Assembly (NCBI GenBank): GCA_030704615.1
Contig: CM060731.1
Location: forward strand, 29,388,001-29,452,000
Origin: Takakia lepidozioides
Lineage: Eukaryota; Plantae; Bryophyta
Length of the DNA stretch: 64,000 nt
Direction: 5' to 3'
Below the pieces are notes generated by a model. The model saw only the letters and a program-made list of their open reading frames with translations. It ran no database searches and was not told the DNA's origin. The stretch's first letter is position 1. The number at the start of each line of letters is the position of its first letter. The position numbers were made by a program, and so were the translations under genes. Positions 1 through 14,500 of the stretch are shown here, one piece after another.

Positions 1-1459
1 TTTTATACCCGCCAGGTAAATAAAGGATATATTGAAGGATATATAGTTTTTTGCTCAACTCAAAAAATATAACTAATTAATTTAAGGTAATCAAATTTTG
101 GTCTATTTTTTAGTTTAGTATGAGCCTGGCTGATAAGTTGTATCATATATTGTGAATAATATGAGGGATGATCATGTGCGTGTTTGTGTTTCGTCACACC
201 AAAGATAATAATCAAACAAAGCTAGATGGCTTACCAAAGCTCAACCTCTCACAAGCACACATTGGCCTCCACCTCTCCCAACTAACCTCATCTAGCTATC
301 ATAGTAAGACAGGCCAAATTAAATATGACATCCTCCAGCTCCTTGTTCATCTTCATCTAAATTGTCACTGACACGTTTCATCAAGTAAAAATGATCGCTG
401 CAACACAAGGAGAATCCATGGCCCTACATGGATGTAGATGGAAAGGCACCCATTTTAGTCCCCCAAATTGATTCAGCCAGTTCCAAATCTGGTAGATTAC
501 ATGCTCATGGTGGTAGGTATTTCTATCCATAAGATCGCTCCTCCGTCAGCAGACAAATCATTGATTTGCACTACAAAAGACTGTTCTTATTGGCTGGTAA
601 GCTGCAATACTCAGCTCTTCCCATGATTTACTCATGCAAGCAAGCCAAATTGATAGACACAACCTTACAGACTCATCGCCGCATCCTTGTGGTCAATTAT
701 TAGAATGTGTTAAGGATGCATTTCAACAAACTATGTACTCGTCCCTGACACATACGAGCCAAGTAAACTATGTCTCCAATTCGAGAGGCAATCCAAGATA
801 AAAAGGTGTGACACTTGCATTTTCAATGGAAGTTAGCTAGGGTGGTCTTTAAGCACTTCAATGCACAACCATTTGTGGTGGAGATGATAGAAACCAGGCT
901 TTAGTCCTGCAGAAGACTAAGGCCTCATAAATGTCCTCCCCACCAAGAACAAGCTTCTTTGTGAGCTGGTGCAGGGCAGTCTTCTTCCAATGTTCAGTTT
1001 GCTTCCATGGAGGAATCCTGTCCTGGAAATTGACACAGCCATCAAAGCTGACATCATGAAACGGGTATGAACTGGACTGATATGTGACGAGCATCTCGTG
1101 AAATGTTGCACACTAGTCCCAGTGTTTACTTTAAAGGTCGATTGCCAGGAAGATTTAGTATTGCAGTCCTTCACTCAACTTCTCGTATTTTTGTGTCAAA
1201 ATGTGTCCCAGCATCATCTTGAGAGTTCATGTTGACCCTCCCTCAGCTGGCCCCAACCATCCACAAAATAAGAAAACAGAAAACAATAGTCACTTAGCCA
1301 TGTCACTGCATAAAACATAGCCAGACAAAGGGTCATTTGCACTATACTCTACACGCTTGCACATGGAAAACCGACTCTGGTTTACTCTCTAGGTCCCTAT
1401 GTATCTAGTATGAACTTTGTCAGTGTTTAGTAAAGATGGGACACACCTCCTTCCCATAC

Positions 1460-4400
1460 TCATGCGGAAATGAGGCCAATGTACGCTGCAAGAATGGCCA
1501 AAATGTAGGCAACAACATATGCGGCAGCAATGATATATGGCTCTCTTACGCCAAGCAGCTCTAAGTGATGGTGAAAAGGTGCCATAAGCAGCCATCGCCG
1601 GCCTTTCCCTTCGAGTCTTTTTGTCAATTTGAAGTACAACACCTGTCTCAATCAGGCCACTCGCCACACATAAAATTGCATGGAAGTACAAGCACCACGA
1701 GTTAATAAAAATGCTGCACAGAAATATCTCAGCTTCTTTCCAGATCTTCCAGCAATGTAACCAAGACGAACGATGCCTGCTCTTTGTAAGCATAGGTGAC
1801 GCTTATGTGTTTTCTTCTGAAAGAACTTCCACCCTCAGCAAAGCGACTGAAAGTTCTATGCAAAGATGCTGAACTGCCCCATGATTGATGTTACCCTTGT
1901 CACTCAAGCGTAAGCAAATCGAACTCTTTCACTTAGAATATTTCAGTAGGAAATGATTTTGGAGCAGAAGACCCTTTCCTTGTATCAATGTTCTTGGTAT
2001 ACTTCATGTGCCTATGTGGATTCCCAAAGAAACTGGCTCTGAGGATGTTGGATAGAGTGACATACCTGTCCAATGACTGAAACTGTTTCAATCACAAACA
2101 CACCCGACGCAATGAAGAGAGGGAGAAACATGCCAGTGCATGCAGCCATAGCAGCTAAGGCTCCTCCCAGTGCCAAGGACCCTGTGTCTCCCATGAACAC
2201 TTTTGCCTTGTACCTGTTATGTGCCAAAAATCCAATACATGCTCCTGCCATTGATGCTCCAAAAATGCCAAGACCTGCGGGCAGCATACAACCAGATTCG
2301 ATGAAGAGACTTTGTTGTCTTGTGAGGTAGTATGCATAATGCTTTTCACTGAAACATAGAGGGTAATACCGTGTGGGAACTTCTGATGCCTGATCAACAC
2401 AGAGACCATTGGCAGTATCCACTAGATACTAGTTCATAAAGCCATACATCTTCACCTTCAGTTGTAGGTTTTCCTCTTTAAATTGAACCATAGGTACAGT
2501 GCATGACATGCATCCATCATTGAAAATGTATCTGAGATACTTATATAAGAGTTCTGCTACTCCTGTACCAGGATATATAGGAAGGACAACCACCGCCATG
2601 CCAATGAGTGCTGCAGCAGCAGTGCCGGCTGCCAGTCCATCCAGGCCGTCTGTCAAGTTAACTGCATTGCTCATCGCGGCGAAGCAGAAAGCCGTTAAAG
2701 GAAAATACCATTTTCCGAGATACCGTAGCCCGAAAGGAGGTGGTAGCGGCACAAGAGTTTTCCTGGGATCACATCCATCACTTGTGTCAACATAAGCTAG
2801 CATTTCTGGCACCATAAGCCACCCACACATCAGATTGCTACCACGCATAAAGACTTGGTCATATCCTCCAGTTTCCAACGTTATGAAGTACCATTTCATT
2901 TCTCTCCCTCTCCCTGAAGAAAGAGAGAGAGCATGCTTCCAACTTGTGACTAGATGGGCACACTTGCTCCTACCTGCGTTCCTAGCTCATGAGCAGAAAG
3001 ACGAAGGGGGTGTAGTACCCAGGTGGTTGAGATGCAACCACACATTTTATAAGGGGATGGTAAGCTGGTATTGTCGAGCCAAAACACAAACCAAACGCCA
3101 ACAGCCACCTGTTATTCCAACCCATCTTTCCAGACAGCATTTCCATCACTGGCCATCAAGATGCAAGAATTGAAAGCACAGAATGAAATAAGTATGGAAT
3201 GTTTTTGGAAACCCTAGGGATGCACAATCATCACATATTTGATTTGGTGAAGTTATTTTCAGAGTGGAAGAGAAACATGGACAATAGAAGCTTCTATATG
3301 AAATAACTATGGCCCCCCCAGTGAGCCCAATAAAAAATGTAATGCCTCAATGGACTAGTTCTGCAGCAAAATTAATGACATACAAGGAAAGCCCATTCAG
3401 TTGACTAATTGAGTGGGAGTTTGATCAGAGAATATTGTACCTGCAAAACAAACTTGAACCAGCCAGCCAGGCCATAGTTGTGGTTCCGCCAGAGAGCCAA
3501 TCCATCATCCAGCAGTCCAATCACGGCACAGGCCAGTGTTGCCACACATGCTCCCCAGAGCTCATTAGAGTAGAACCCTGTGGCAATCCTGGCAACCCCT
3601 ATACCTACGGGCACGAAAAACAAGCCACCCATAGTCGGGGTTCCAACCTTGGAGAGGTGGGCTGTAGGCCCCTCTTTTCGAAACACTTGATGGGCCTTGA
3701 CCCGTTCCAACAAGGGCACACAGAAACAACCGAAGTAGGCTGAGATTGCTGCTGCTATACAAAAGGGGACTGTGAGAAAATAATGAGCAAGTGGTCGCCG
3801 TATCACTTTCCATATGTACGAGTCCACTGTTACCACTGTGCCAGCTAAAAAAATGAAGAGGACTGATGTCACCAATATCCCTTCGTCAACCCTGAATTGC
3901 AGATGGTGTCATACAGAAATGGGAAACCAGACACAATTACTGTTGTACAGGTACATCATGAATGAGGAAAAGGCAACGATGTAGCTAAGTGACAAGCTTC
4001 CTCAATACTTACCAAGCCATCTGAGAGGGGATAAACTAGAGCAAAGGCGTCTCTGTTTCAGCTCTGGTGTACAGGTGAGCATTGGCCTAGTTCACTGTGA
4101 TGATATTTCTTGGATACAATGACAATTACCTCAAATCCCTCCTTGGTTTGCAGTAGCATACCATGCAGGAAAGCCATTTCTTTGAAAGGTGGAAACCCGA
4201 TAGAAAGGAGAAGTCAAGCTCAGTGTTGATGTCTTGTCCTCTAACTCATTCTGTCTTCCTTGAGCCTTGTCACCTTCTTCTGCAAACTCCAACTTCACCT
4301 CCCCATCAGACTCCTCCCCTGAACTACTGTATGAACTGCCCGATGACATTTCTCCATCTGAATACTGCTCTATTGATGGAAAATCATCTGCCCCCTGCAG

Positions 4401-5076
4401 TAAGAGATGCGGGGTTGGAATTAATTACCAGCAGAATTTGGAAAGGTTCCACAGCAGAGCTGATCTATCATGGGGCAGGTCAAGATCATGAAACCATCTG
4501 TCGTAAATAGAAGTCCAATTGCATGTCAGCACTAAGACTGGGCAGACACATGGTCAAGTAACTGCACTCCATTACAACGAAAAACTTTTGAGTCCATGAC
4601 TGTCGGATACAGTTGCTCTGACAGTCAGAGGGTCACTCCCATCATGTTCTCTTCTGACACAAGCATGCCAGAACTGCAAAGCCAGAACTAGCATTCTGTA
4701 AATGTGAGGACTCACCTCATCCATGGCAAAAGTCTTTGGCACCACTCGTGCACACTGTAAAAGCCTTCTTCCATTTGATTGGAGTTTTTGCGACCCTGTG
4801 GCCCAACACTTCCAATGCCTTTCCTGCACATAATCTAACCGTGTCATTTCTGTGTGATGCTGTACTCTTTGAGTGATGCTATGAAAGTCTTCCTGTTAGA
4901 ACTGAAAGTAATAAAGCAAAGCAGGCAGGCTGGTAATAGAAAGAGACCTTTCTCAAAACCCTGCGCCTCAGCAAGTGCAGCAAGCAAGCATTGGCAGGAG
5001 AATGATGGCAATATGTGGCCCTCTGCCTCAACACTGAAGCCCCTTCTGAAACTATTCCTTTCCTGCGATCTAATAC
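1460..5076 (-). CDS. mraY: Phospho-N-acetylmuramoyl-pentapeptide transferase (MraY/translocase I) homolog, probably plastid-targeted; multi-exon, 5' end uncertain
   Basis: Phase-consistent GT-AG exons at 4948-5076(?), 4716-4823, 4162-4394, 3441-3891, 3044-3108, 2569-2762, 2066-2274 and 1460-1642 (stop). They encode MraY motifs [46 protein letters not shown] and [10 protein letters not shown]. The N-terminal extension is consistent with a transit peptide; the start codon was not resolved. Confidence 0.92.
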
Positions 5077-7106
5077 CTGTATGTCACGTATGAAATCGAG
5101 GTCACAAATTTCTTCCTTCAAAATGACACCTACAACTGAATTGGACTGATCTGCTGAACCACTCTTTACCTAGAATTAGGGTACATATGTAGCCATTTGA
5201 GCTAGTTTGGACCCTGTGCACTCCCAATTAGACACGACTTGAAAACTCCTGTGGAGGCCAACACTTTCTTATTTCAGAAACTTTTAGTGCTCATGATTCT
5301 GTGGAGAATCGGTTGGCTAGGAGATTGGCCTGCCTGCAGTTTGAAGAAACCACAGTAAATGGAGCAATGAAGTGTGCAGCTACTTCAAGCCAAATGCTAC
5401 CCATACACATTAACATGTGTATCTTCCCAGTAACTCTTTGAGAGGAGGATAAATAAACTTGCTCATGAGCTTTGCTTGTGCTTGAAACAGGGCAGTTCAA
5501 AAAGAGGGCAAGCAACAATGAGCACTACATCTGCCACCAAGTTTCCTCACTCAGCCTCTAACTCCAGTAATACAAAAAAATTTCAATCAAATCCAGATTT
5601 CTGCAGATGGTTACTTGCTCTAGAGAGATCTGTCACATGATTGTTGTGCTGACTTGCACATAAACTACACCTTTAGAGACTGCAGGTACTTGGTTAGGTC
5701 CCCAGATGCATGCACAGAGTACCCAGCCTGAGGTCAGATGATAATAGACACTTACACATGTAAGATCATAATTTGCACAGTGATGCTGGTAGTGTTGAAA
5801 TTGGCATAATACTTTCCGTTATCAAATCCAAGAAGTTATTCAAGTTTGATTGTTGATTGACATGTTGAGATTAGTCTGAACTCTCAAGTGCGAGGTATCT
5901 TAAGTTTGGATAGTCCTGGACAAGGCCCAGCTTGAACATACCAATGGCAAATGGCACTACCCCAAATGAGCAACCAGGCCAGGACTGAAAAAGTTACAAT
6001 AGAATCTCCCACGGATCTCATCGTAGAGAGGACAGTGAAAGAAGACATGTCCCTCTGTATTGATTTCCTTGTTGAAGAAAAATTTGTGACGTTCACAAAA
6101 GGAAATGAATTGAAATGGTACTATAACCTCCACAAGAAGCTCAAAGAGCTTACAGAACAAGAGGGAGAAAGAACCTAGAAAGAGAGAGGGGCCACAAACA
6201 GCCCTAAAGCAACTAAAGGTCAAGGGACTGTAGTTGAATTTCTCTCTAATACCGGGCGGGTTACCTATCCAGTTATATTTATATATGACCGCGGAGGTGA
6301 AAAAATGAAGTAACCGGTCCAGTTAGGAACCGGAGGTCACGCATTCAAATAATCGAGCAAAAAAAATGCTCATGCAGGTAGCTGCCAAGGAAATCTGATC
6401 CTCGCAATCGAAGACCACTGTAAGAGATGAAGTATCCCGGAATAGACAGTTGAATCTCCCGCGGATCCCATAGTACAAAGGGCAGTGAAAGCAATATTGT
6501 TCTTCACTTTCAATTTCCCACTAGTTCCCAGTGCAAGCGGGGCATAGTCGGTCTTCACGTTGCAGATTTTCTCACCTACCAGTCTCTGTCGGCAGACTGT
6601 GGGAGCCCACCCTAAACCTCCCCAATGCTTTTGTAAGAAAGAAAAGAAACTGGGGGAGAAAGAGAGTGAAGAGAGGCGAAAGAAATAAAATTTGCGCGAG
6701 AAAGGGGTGAAAGAGAGATAATTTATTAGAGAGAGGGAGAGAGAGCACCTGAAACTGACTGCAAGTTCCAAGGAAAACATGCTGGGAACTGCGGGGGTTA
6801 TGCAGCCACGCTAGCGACGTGCGCATTGCAGTCCATGACTGATCCATGCATGCGCACCCTTCTGCATCAGGAACAATCTCAATGTGAGCAAAGACAAACA
6901 ACTTGCATGAGAGCTTCTAGGTTCCAACCATTGCATCCTTGATGCGCAAACATGACTTGGATGAGGGAACGGATCGAAAACTTTCAATTCACAATTACAT
7001 CAGCGTACTAGTATGACAACCTCGTACAATGTTGATGGAAGAAAGAAGGCACCATAGAACAACCGTTCTAGAATGCTCGCACAAACGACTCTGCTGACAG
7101 TGTCAG

Positions 7107-7370
7107 AAAAACCACAGGCAAAATCAAATAAAATCGTGTAACACAAATTCCAACAATTCCAAACCACATTAGTGGAAACATACAGAATCGTACATGCAGG
7201 GCATGGGGAGAAGGCCAAACACGGAAGCTAGTGATGTAAGAACAACCACAGGAAAAAAAAAATTAAATCGTGTATTGCTAATGCACACAATTCGAAACTA
7301 TCTATAAGTGGTGGAAGCTTACAGAATGCAGCATACGGAGGGCATGGGGAAAAAGCGAAACACGGAAACC
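7107..7370. repeat. Degenerate tandem duplication (~135-bp unit) in the MraY-formin intergenic region
   Basis: Blocks AACCACAGG..AAATCGTGTA..ACAGAAT..AGGGCATGGGGA..AAACACGGAA occur twice in the same order (~7107-7228 and ~7243-7369). Confidence 0.7.
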
Positions 7371-7600
7371 GATGGTCTATCTGCTTCAACTAAAAACACT
7401 TTAGAATAAGCGTCCCGAGTTGACCAGGAAGGTGCCGAGCACAGCACTGATACAATTGGCGACCCTGTATTATCGGTTACGAATCCATAGTGAATCGTAT
7501 GGAGAGCGCGAGAGAGCAGAGCAGATGCACCTGCGGGCCTGACTGACCTCCTCGCACCTCGCCAGCACACCGCTTCTATTGCGCATCCGCGCGAGCATTC

Positions 7601-7620
7601 TATATATATATATATATATA
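7601..7620. repeat. (TA)10 microsatellite
   Basis: Read directly from the sequence. Confidence 0.95.
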
Positions 7621-8515
7621 TTTTCAATATATTAGTTACCGTCACGCAATGTGTTTTTCTTTTGAAATTTGGAAAATAACAGGAGTGGCTACTGAGTTTT
7701 GCAAGAAATAGCCATATATTCTGTTCATCCACCGAAATTTGGATAGAATCATCCTCCTTTGTTCGTTCATCCATTTATATCATCCATATTAGGTGAATTT
7801 ATTCAAGATTTATATTTTATTTGGAAAAGTTTGGCGATTTCATCCATGGGAAAACAGGGAATCTAAGACCAAATATTCTATTTTATTTTTGAGGTCGAAA
7901 GAGTGCGAAATTTCGCCAAAAAACACTTTAATTTAATTTAATTTAATTTAATTTCCCCCCTAAAAAAACTTTATATAATTAAAAAAAATTAAGCCGGTGG
8001 TAAGCCACTCGTGCATTGGCCTGTGGGTCTGAGGTTCAAACTTCAAACGTTCAAACCCCGGTCATCTGTCTCTTTGCCTTCCGGCTCCGTAATACCTCCA
8101 TGGCTCAGAAAGGGTTTATTGTTTAACTTATTATCCCCCTCAAGTTGCTCCCGGGGTTGGTGCCAGTTTCCTTGCAACAAAAAAGAAAAAGAAAAAAAAG
8201 AAGTTTAAAAGCCTGGGCTTTTCCCTCTCTTTCTGGACGCAGTGCAGTGGTGTGGTGGGGGGGAAGACGAGCTGCGGATGCAGAGAGGGCATGGCTCCCA
8301 CGGAATTGCAGCGGGATCGGATCACACCAGGTCCTGCATTGCTTGCAGGTATGCATTGTTGACGAGTTCTTGTGGCCTGTTCATGGATTGCGGATTGGAA
8401 GGTGGAGCGATGGAGGGGTGTGGCGTGAGGACTAGACTGGACTGTTGGAGACTGGGAAGCAGGTGAGGGTGAGGTTGTGTGCCGTTGGCGGTGAGGTGCC
8501 GTGGTGCATGGGAAT

Positions 8516-11500
8516 ATGTCCCTGTTTCGTAGGCTCTTCTACAGAAGGCCACCGGATGGCCTTTTTGAGGTCGCTGAGCGTATCTACGGTAAGGATCTTA
8601 TTTGCTCTGTGACATGTGATTTGTGGCCTGCATTTTCCTTGGATTCGAGTAGGGGAGTGTTTCGGCTTGCCTTGGAGTTGAATTCGGTAATGTGGAGTTC
8701 AATTTTGGGATGGAGGAATAACGGAGTGTGTGCGCGGTGCAGTGTTTGATTCGTGCTTTTCCACCGATCCGTTTGATGCTCAAGCATTCAAAGTATACGT
8801 GGGACAGATTGCGTCGCAGCTTCATGAGCAGTTTCCAGACTCTTCTTGTCTGGTTTGTGATTTTAGCGAGGGTGAGAGGAAGAGCCAGCTCGTCGAGGTT
8901 CTGACGCAGTACGATATGACAGTGATGGATTATCCTCGACATTATGAAGGTTGTCCTGTTTTGTCCATGGAGATGATTCATCAGTTTTTACGCTCCAACG
9001 ATAGGTGGCTATCTTCGGAAGGCAATCATAATATCGTTTTGATGCATTGCGAGAGGGGAGGTTGGCCTTTGCTGGCGTTTATGCTCGCATCATTTCTTAC
9101 GTACAAAAAGCTTCAAAGAGGGGTTCGGAAGACCTTGGACTTGCTGCATAAAGAGGCTCCCAAAGGATTGTTACAAATTCTATGCCCTCTCAATCCAATG
9201 CCCTCTCAGCTGCGATACTTACAGTATATTGCCAGAAGAAACAAAATCCCGGATTGGCCTCCACCTGACCGTGTTGTCACAATAGACTGTCTTATGTTTC
9301 GGGTGGTTCCCAGCTTTGATTCAAATGAGGGCTGCAGGCCTTTGGTCCGTATCTATGGTCTAGATCCGAGATCCACTGGCAGTCGAATGACACGGGTTCT
9401 ATTTTCTCAGGGAAAGAAAAGCGTGCGACACTATCGGCATGTGAGTTCTTAATGTCTAATCCTTGTCCTTCAGTTGCTTCACTTATCCCAATTTTCTGCT
9501 AGGTACACTCGGTGATGGGTCCATAATTACCCGGCATTGTGGATGTTGCAGATCGATTGCGACGTTGTGAAAATTGATGTGCAATGTGCGGTGAAAGGTG
9601 ATGTTGTGCTGGAGTGTATCCATGTCGAGAAACATTCGGAGAGGGAGGAGATCATGTTTCGAATAATGTTCAACACAGCATTCATAAGGTCCAACTGTCT
9701 GCTTCTTACGCGAGATGAGATAGATACCCTGTGGAACGTGAAAGAACACTACCCAAAGGATTTTCGGGCAGAAGTGAGTGGAGTGCTTTTGCTCATTTTT
9801 TTCATTCTTGCAGCAATAGTGTCGCGTGGACTTTATCAGGGCCCTGGGGGAGGTTCACCTAATTGCAAGATGGAATTTTGGTCTGCACAGGTGCTGTTGA
9901 ATGAACCTGAAGCTTCTCCTTCACCCATAACCCCTGTGGTAAGGTTGGATGGTGAAGAAAAGGGAGGGTTGCCAATGGAAGCTTTTGCAAAAGTTCAAGA
10001 GCTGTTCAGCAGTGGAGATTGGATGGATGGTCATGGGGATGCTGCTCTGAGGTTTCTTCAGCAAATGACCGCCAAGAATTATCAGGACTGGTTGGAGAAA
10101 CTACCACCAGGTGATGTAAAGAGCACTTGCCCTCCCCCAAGCTCGCCAGTAACACTAAGGCAACTTTTCCCCACGCCATCCCCACCTCCCCCTCAAATAC
10201 ATCCTCCAGTCCCTCCTTTTCCTCAATGCTCCAGAAATGGTGCACCTACTTCACCACAGCCTCCCCCCTCCGGACCTGCAGTTGCTACTCCCCCGCATCT
10301 GCCACCCCTTCCTCTGCTTCCCCCTTTTGCTGAGCACTCTAGAAGTGGTGCTTGTGCTCCATTCCCCCTGCCACCTCCTTTTGTTCAAGTGCCAAGCAGA
10401 GCTGAACCTCCCTCTCCCCTTCCCCCTCCAGAATTTGTCAATGCTCCTCTCCTGCCCCCTCTGTCTCAGTCACGACTTGGTAGTGCCCCTCCTCCCCTCC
10501 GACGGCTAGGCAGTGCCCCACCATCTCCACCTACACCACCTGTACCAAGTCTAGGTGGGGCTCCCCCTCCGCTCTCTCCTGAGTTAGTAGGTTTTCCACC
10601 ACCACCACCCCCTTCTCTTGGTAGTGTGTCCCCCCATCGCCCCCTTCCTCCTCAAGGAAAGTATGGTGCTCCACCTCCTCCACCCCCTCTTCCTCCACTA
10701 CCCCCAGGCAGGGGGGGTCTCTGTGTGCCTCCTCCCCCACCCCTGCCACCTGGCAGAGGTAGAGGGCTTGCTCTTCGCCCCCCCTTGCCACCTCAAGGGC
10801 TGTGCCAGGGTGCCTTACCTCCCACTTCAGTAGCTGCTGTGGCTGCTCTGCCGGCTCCTCTGAAGAAAGCATCTTTGAAGCCCCTTCACTGGGTCAAAGT
10901 CACACGTGCTGTGCAAGGGAGTCTGTGGGCTGAGAACCAGAACCATGAATACCAATCCAGGTATATCCCTATCCTCTAGCAGCTTCTGTCAGTTGTTTCT
11001 CCCAGGTGATAATGTAGTTCCATAGTTGTGTATATTGCTTCTGGTATGGATGCTAACAACCTATCTTACTAGACTGATACTTTCTTGGGAGAATACATAA
11101 GCTGTATGGAGCAGATGCCAATCTCACCAGAAAATAGACCTAGTCACAAAACTGGTGCTGTGCATAGATGCAGTAATGGTTTCCAGGCATTTGAATTTTA
11201 TCTGGAAACTGGACTATCTGATTGGATGTGCATTCGCAGAGATGGTTGTGAGCTCTGGTCAGCATGTGTAGTGATCAGCTTAAACTGTCAAGTTGGTGTG
11301 GCAGAGCACCGGAATTTGACATGTCAGAACTGGAGAGCCTGTTTTCAGCTGCAGCGCCAGCTGGAACTACTAGGGATAGAGATACCGCAGGGCCCTGGCG
11401 TGCAGCTTCTAAGCAAGAGAAAATTCATCTGGTAAAATCTACCATTCTTTCTCTCACCTTAGGCTACGGCAAACAATGTCTTAACCCGACTTACATGAAG

Positions 11501-14500
11501 CCTGAGCCACTAGTTCCAATTTCATACAAAATATGTGAACTTGGTGGATATGAGTGTTAGAATTGCAAGTGTGTGCATTGTTGGGTGTATCTGAGCGTTT
11601 GCACTGTTGGATGCAGGTTGACCTCCGGAGAGCGAACAATTGTGAGATTATGCTTACTAAGGTCAAGATGCCCTTGCCAGTTCTGCTTGTAAGTGACTCC
11701 ACCTACTTGAGCCATGAAATTGAATTGAGAAATTTGTCTTCTTTATTCCTGGTGTAGGTGCATCTCTTACGTTGAGGAACTTTGAGGTAGGTGATTCAAA
11801 TTGAGAATCTGCAATCTATCCCGGTCAGCTGTGTCATATCAGGAGTAAGTCAATGTAGCATAGGTGTCTGTTCTATACTAATTTGAGCATGTGATGTGCA
11901 GGCTGGTGTGCTAGCCCTAGATGGGTCTGTCTTAGATGTGGACCAGGTGGAAAATCTCATCAAGTTTTGCCCAAAAAAGGAGGAGATAGATATGCTGGAG
12001 GTAATAATCATAGTGTGCGTACCTGTATCAAGAATGGCAAGGCTTCGTCCAGCAGAACCATTCAGTTCTTATTTGTGATTGGCTATCTGATTATATGACA
12101 TTCACTTTCACATATCCTGGAACAGATTGTGGGGTTGATACTAAGTCTGTTGTGATGTGTGGCGCAGAAGAGCAAGTGAGCTGTTCATTGATGATCCAAG
12201 TGCTTGTTCTCATGTGGTTTCAACATGTGTGCAGAACTTTGGTGGTAACAAAGAGAGGCTAGGGAAGTGTGAACTGGTGCGTGTTTTCTATTTGTCTGAT
12301 ACTCGTTTACATTTGTTTGCTTCGTTTGTATGAATTGCTGTGTTTATTGCAACTGTCTTGAATCTTTGCTATGCTATCTGTGTTGACGTGTTTCTGTTGG
12401 TCTCGCTCGGACGCAGTTCTTCCTTGAAATGATGAAAGTCCCAAGAATGGAAGCCAAGTTGGAAATATTCTCCTTCAATATTCTTTTCGCTACTCAGGTT
12501 TACTTCTGGAGTGCAGAGAAGTTCATGTATACCTTGTTGGTGTATACGTGTAGACCTCATGTGGCTATCTGATTGTTTGTTGACCTGTGGTAGGTTGTTC
12601 TTGTGGCCACATACATGCCTGTGCTTCCCATGCTCAAAATGTCAATTGCTCTGTTGCAGAACAAAGAGTTGCGGACGAATTTGGAGATTATTAATGATGC
12701 CGTGAGAGAGGTAGGCCTCGTGTTCACCAAGTATATTCTGCATAAGAGGCTGCTAGATTGGAACTGAGTATGTTTCATTGATGGGAGCTAGGTACAATGT
12801 GTTGGAGGCGGGTAGAGCCTAAGCATCACCTGATTGGAAGGTACTATGCAGGTTTGGTGCACATAAAAGTATCACCTTTTCTACCTGGATGCAGCTGGTA
12901 TTCTCTCACAAAGTGTTGTTGATCTGCTGCACCAGGTCAGGGAATCAGCAAGGTTGCGTTGGATGATGCAGGCCGTTCTGTCCCTTGGCAATGCTCTGAA
13001 TTCGGGCACAGCACGGGGTAAATCAATGACGCTTTCTACCTTTGTGGGATATGAGTCCTTCAGTTGGTTATTACTAGGTTTGGAAGGTTTTGGAGGTATT
13101 ATGAGCCATGCAGGAACTTGTGAGCAATGTGTTTAGATAATCTTTGATTTGCAGATCCTTGGCAAATCACCTGCAGCAAAACTTCAGCAGCCATTGCCAG
13201 TATTAGTCGGTGGACCAGCCATGGTGGTTGGACCAGCAGCCAGTTGCTCGCATAGAGAAAATTGAGGAGAGATAAACAGCAGGCAACGATGGAGGCAATC
13301 AGCAATCCACTGTCTTACCTTTCCCATATATATGTTGGAAGAATTGCTGAGTTGCTTCTAGCAAAGGCCTTTTCTATGGCCCAGCTAATAGGTCGAAAAC
13401 CCATATAGGAAAGAATAAAGGAATAATAGCTCTGCATGTTGCTGACAAACATCATGTGGGCTATCTATTGGTTTAATCTTAGCTTTCAGATCGGTATGTG
13501 AGCAGGATCAGCGATTGGGTTTAAGCTAGACAGCCTGCTCAAACTCTCAGACACACGTGCCCGCAACAGCAAGATGACTCTTATGCATTACCTCTGCAAG
13601 GTATTTGCTTGCCATCTATCATTCTCATTCTCACCAAGGAAACTTTGTCTGTCTGTCCGTCTGTTTCCCTTTGCTGGGTTTTCTTCCATCAGCCTCATCA
13701 AGAATGACAGGAACAGGCTGATCGAAGAGGTGTCCCCAATTAGCCTAGAGACTCATCCTTTAAAAGTAGATGAATATGGGAGATGCATACTATGCCTCTA
13801 TGTACCCATGAATGTTATACCTGGCAAGCAAGGCCTTGGCTTCATCCACAATTGCAATGGATCCTACTAGTTGATTGAGGAAGAGGTGAACCACTTATCA
13901 GTAGATAAATCTAGGAAATGCATAAATGCCTATATGACCCGATGCACATTTAAACCTAGCACGCAAGGACTGACGTTCATCCTCCTTTGATCTCAGGAAA
14001 AATTTCTGTAAGATAGACCACTCTTCTGACAGAAATCCGTCACTTAAACAAGATGTTACCCTCCCCATCATGAAGTATCCTGTCATTTCATTTCATTTCT
14101 TTCTGGTGTCCCTTGGGCCCCCTTGTCCTTCCCTGAATGTAATTTCTTTTCCTTCCTTCCATTTTGTCCCATAAGCACTTTGAGCTTTCTGTGGACGTTA
14201 TAAAGTACCATTTCATTTCATTTCATTTCATTTCATTTCATTCTTTCTTCCCTCTCAGTTTCTCTTGTTGTTCTGCTGTGGTTCATAGGCCCTCTTCAGG
14301 GCTCGGATGGATGCACCTTTCTGAAACTTAGAAATCAGCTACTTATTTCTATTTTCTTCTTCCCTCTCTTCCCTTGCTCAGGCAGTCTGATTGGCAGTGT
14401 AATCACAAGTTACATCTCGGTCAGAGTGGGGCAGGAATCAATTGTCTAGCATGATGTCTATTTTAACCCTTTAAGTACACTCACGTCCTTGTAATGGATT

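Noticed and set aside
10006-10872. Antisense and alternate-frame ORFs over the formin FH1, and similar ones over SF3B3 and MraY
   Set aside because: Shadow ORFs caused by the codon composition of the real coding strand.
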